Of a DNA stretch of 64,000 nucleotides, positions 60,878 to 64,000 are shown one piece after another; position 1 is the first letter of the stretch, and every line of letters starts with the position of its first letter. The notes beneath the pieces are model-generated. The model made no database searches, was not told the DNA's origin, and was given only the letters and a program-made list of their open reading frames with translations. The position numbers were made by a program, and so were the translations under genes. This DNA comes from an uncultured Chloroflexia bacterium (GTDB taxonomy: Bacteria > Chloroflexota > Dehalococcoidia > Dehalococcoidales > UBA2162), in NCBI GenBank assembly GCA_963739865.1, contig CAVUCA010000004.1:64280-128279 (forward strand), given 5' to 3'.

Positions 60878-63800
60878 CTATCGGTACACCGTAACCCCAA
60901 TTTCAATAAGATCCGGAACATACGATTGGATCGATGAGGTGCTCAAGGGATTATAACGGAGGTCAATAATGTCCCCGGATGAAATACCATTACTATCCAA
61001 CAGGGGCGAAACATCTGTTATCTGGTTATATTGAAGGTCAATCCGTGCGACTAAAGGTAGTGATTTCAAAGACGTGATGTCAGTAATCGCATTACCTGCC
61101 AGATAAAGAGTATTTAGTTTGGAAAGATAGCTGAGTTCCGAGATATCTTTGATCCGGTTATAAGATAAATCAAGCCCGTTAAGGTTAGGAATAAATTTGA
61201 GGGGAGAAATATCCGAGATACTGTTGCCTTTCAGCCAAACCCAATTCAGCCGGGTTAAACGAGCCAGGGCAGTGATATCGGATATCCGATTGTTCTCCAA
61301 CCATAATTTAGTCAAGCTGGTTAATTGTCCTACAGGGTCTATCGAACTGATTTGGTTGTTATTCAGGGAGAGTGTTGAAAGGCGTTTCAACGATCCCAGC
61401 GGCACGATGTTGGTAATATCATTGGCATCGAGTGAAAGTGTAGTCAAGTTTCCGAGCGAAGATAATGGGATCAGATCGGATATGTTATTGTTGGACATGC
61501 TAAGCATAACTAAACCTGAGCAATTTTGTATACCGTCAAGATCCGATATGCCCAATCCGCCGGCTGAAAGTGAAGTCAAACCCTTAACGTCTGAAACAAA
61601 GAGAAGTCCATCGGGTTTACTGATAGCTTTTCTAATAGCGGCTTCTAAAGCCGGATCATGAAATTCAGCTAAGGTAGTATCAATTACCTTGGATATCCAA
61701 ACCACGGTAATACCTTTTCCCGTCAATAACGGAATAGATTCTTCAATAGTATTAACTGTAAGGGGATTATCTCGTAAATCCAAGAGGTCACCCTGGCCAA
61801 GTCCGGTATTGTCAAGTAGTGATTCTACACCGGCTAGTACGTTACCGTGGAGGTCCAAACGTGACAGGCCTGAAAGTTCAACAAGTGGGCCAATATCGGA
61901 TAAATGGTTGCCTGCCAGAGATAGATCGGTAAGACTAACAAGTGACCTGATATCGGAAATGTCTTGAATATCGTTATTCTCAAGAGATAAAGTCGCCAGG
62001 CCGGACAGGGTAGACAGTGGGGATATGTCCTGTATGTTATTGAAATCCAGATAAAGCCTGTTAAGCGATAGGAGGGATGAAAGAGGTGATACAACGGAAA
62101 TCTGGTTATTTCTTAAAAATAATCTGGTTAATTTTTGTAGAGAAATAAGGACTTTAATATCTGAAATTGAGTTGTCATTGGCCGATAAATATTCCAGTTC
62201 GGCGAGTGACTCTATTGAAGAAAGATCACTAATCCCAGTCCGGTCGAGTGATAGACTGGTCAAATTTTCCAGAGTAGATAATGGCATGATGTCAGTGATA
62301 CGGTTTCCATTGAAAGAACACACCGTCAATTGACGAAGCGTCACGATGGGATTGATGTCTGTGATGCGGTTGCCGTCTACAGCCAGGGATCTCAGGTTGA
62401 TCAGTGTAGAAATCGGGGAAAGGTCGGATATTTGATTCGTACTTAGATTTAAACTCATAAGATTATTTGCATATTCCAATCCGGAAAGATTGGTAATACT
62501 ATAATTTTGTGCATCTAAAACGGTCAGTGAGGACATATCTGAGGCGGTAATCGGACCATTTTCGACCCCCGTAGCTTCCCGCAATGCAAAAAGTAAACCC
62601 GGATCAGGAATAAGAACCGGGGATTTATCAACAGTGTTTTCATTCCAACTGATATTTACACCCTTTTCAGATAACTTAGGGATATTTATGTCGACAGCTT
62701 CTGAATTAAGAGGATTTCCTGTCAGGTCAATGGAATCATTCTTTCCCAGTCCACGGTTTAAAACCAAAGGAGTGATATCGCCTACACGGTTATTACTGAT
62801 ATCCAGATATGATAGGGCAATCAGAGACCCCAGAGAAGTTATATCTTCTATATAATTATTATTGATAGTGAACCTGGTCAGACTGGCCAGAGTATTCAAA
62901 GGCGTCACATTACCAATCTGGTTTTCTGACAGCATGAGAGTATTCAACTTGTTTAAAGATGTTAACGGGGATATATCGCTGATCCGGTTATTTTCCAGGG
63001 AAAGGTTGACCAGTTTATTTAGTGAGGATAATGAGCTTATTGAACTGATTTTGTTATTGTTTATCGATAGATACCGGAGTTCCTTACATTTCGCTAACAC
63101 ATCAATATCGCTGATTTCATTATTGTCAAGTGATAATGATGTTAAAGTAGTTAACGAGGCAAGAAGAGAAATATCACTGATATCATTGTCATTCAAAGAG
63201 AGTTCAAGAAGCCCTGTACACCCTTCAATGCCGCTAAGATCGGTAATCTCTGCGGAATCGATAATTAGCGACTCGATATCTTCAAGCTGTGAAACAAATA
63301 TGGTACCTTCCGGCTTGAGAAGTGCTTCTCTCACGGCCTCTTCTATATGTTCATCCTGGAATGTGGCGATCGTTGATGAAGCCGCCGCAGTAGACCAATT
63401 GACTGTAATACCACTTCGCTGCAGCTTGGGGATATATGACGTGGTTGAAGCATTATCCAGCGGATTATTCTTAAGATTGATGGTTGTTTTGTTGGTTAAT
63501 CCGGCACTCAGTAAAGGAATAACACTTTCTATCTGGTTGCTGTTGAATTCCAGCTTGGTAAGGTAGGTCAGAGCAGTAATGTCGGGGACCAGGATGATCC
63601 GGTTATTGCTCAAACTGACCGTTTCAAGATGGCTCAGGTTTCCTATTGCCGAAGCATCAGTGATCTTGTTGTCTTGCAGAGAAAGAAATACAAGATTTTC
63701 GAGTGGAGAAAGCGGTGATATATCAGTGATTTCGTTAAAGTCCATTCGCAGGGAAGTAAGATTAAGCAAGTTAGAGAGAGGGGAGATATTAACAATATTA

Positions 63801-64000
63801 TTCTCACTGAGGTCAATATTCTTTAAGTTCGTACAATATTCCAGGCCGGAAATATCAGTTATTTCCTTGTTTAGAGCAGTTATTGATTCGAGCTTAGCAC
63901 AGTCTGAAACATATAGAGTGCCTTCCGGTTTCCCGACCGCATTTCTCACTGCGGCTTCCATGTATGGGTCAAAAAAGTAAACCGGCATCGTTTCATCGGG
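60878..64000 (-). CDS. internalin-like leucine-rich repeat protein with four or more capped LRR modules (5' end probably outside the window)
   Basis: 22-aa LxxLxLxxNxIxDIxPL repeats; the frame is open to the window edge (PDET before M at 63988); the stop codon abuts the permease ATG. Confidence 0.92.
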   Translation of the reverse strand, partial: PDETMPVYFFDPYMEAAVRNAVGKPEGTLYVSDCAKLESITALNKEITDISGLEYCTNLKNIDLSENNIVNISPLSNLLNLTSLRMDFNEITDISPLSPLENLVFLSLQDNKITDASAIGNLSHLETVSLSNNRIILVPDITALTYLTKLEFNSNQIESVIPLLSAGLTNKTTINLKNNPLDNASTTSYIPKLQRSGITVNWSTAAASSTIATFQDEHIEEAVREALLKPEGTIFVSQLEDIESLIIDSAEITDLSGIEGCTGLLELSLNDNDISDISLLASLTTLTSLSLDNNEISDIDVLAKCKELRYLSINNNKISSISSLSSLNKLVNLSLENNRISDISPLTSLNKLNTLMLSENQIGNVTPLNTLASLTRFTINNNYIEDITSLGSLIALSYLDISNNRVGDITPLVLNRGLGKNDSIDLTGNPLNSEAVDINIPKLSEKGVNISWNENTVDKSPVLIPDPGLLFALREATGVENGPITASDMSSLTVLDAQNYSITNLSGLEYANNLMSLNLSTNQISDLSPISTLINLRSLAVDGNRITDINPIVTLRQLTVCSFNGNRITDIMPLSTLENLTSLSLDRTGISDLSSIESLAELEYLSANDNSISDIKVLISLQKLTRLFLRNNQISVVSPLSSLLSLNRLYLDFNNIQDISPLSTLSGLATLSLENNDIQDISDIRSLVSLTDLSLAGNHLSDIGPLVELSGLSRLDLHGNVLAGVESLLDNTGLGQGDLLDLRDNPLTVNTIEESIPLLTGKGITVVWISKVIDTTLAEFHDPALEAAIRKAISKPDGLLFVSDVKGLTSLSAGGLGISDLDGIQNCSGLVMLSMSNNNISDLIPLSSLGNLTTLSLDANDITNIVPLGSLKRLSTLSLNNNQISSIDPVGQLTSLTKLWLENNRISDITALARLTRLNWVWLKGNSISDISPLKFIPNLNGLDLSYNRIKDISELSYLSKLNTLYLAGNAITDITSLKSLPLVARIDLQYNQITDVSPLLDSNGISSGDIIDLRYNPLSTSSIQSYVPDLIEIGVTVYR

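Noticed and set aside
61197-63980. Long plus-strand ORFs (61197..61661, 62862..63566, 63579..63980)
   Set aside because: Antisense shadows of the repetitive LRR gene.

Overview
64-kb window of a bacterial chromosome, most likely Dehalococcoidia (Chloroflexota), inferred from protein styles and gene order such as coaX-coaBC-valS, secA-prs and uvrB/ftsK/rnj/udg. It is mostly housekeeping: ftsA-ftsZ outside a dcw cluster, copA, oppDF, iscS-iscU-tusA, corA, nnr, coaX, coaBC, valS, secA, prs, uvrB, ftsK, rnj and udg. I saw no rRNA, tRNA, CRISPR array, transposase or integrase. Signals the ORF track misses or mis-calls: (1) a selenocysteine glutaredoxin (U-P-W-C) with a SECIS-like hairpin at 7338-7586; (2) oppD apparently starting at a non-canonical AUC; (3) single-base insertions splitting ftsZ (twice) and secA (once), probably sequencing errors; (4) the 5' part of a peptide-binding lipoprotein gene at 1-404. 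The strongest candidate systems are an operon joining a protein of four or more separately capped internalin-like LRR solenoids to a giant FtsX/MacB permease and two ATPases, and an acetate-uptake cluster (actP, DUF485, satP, two paralogous USPs, NarL-type two-component system) with clustered CAGGTAT operator-like repeats. Family names are from motif recognition by eye; no database searches were run.
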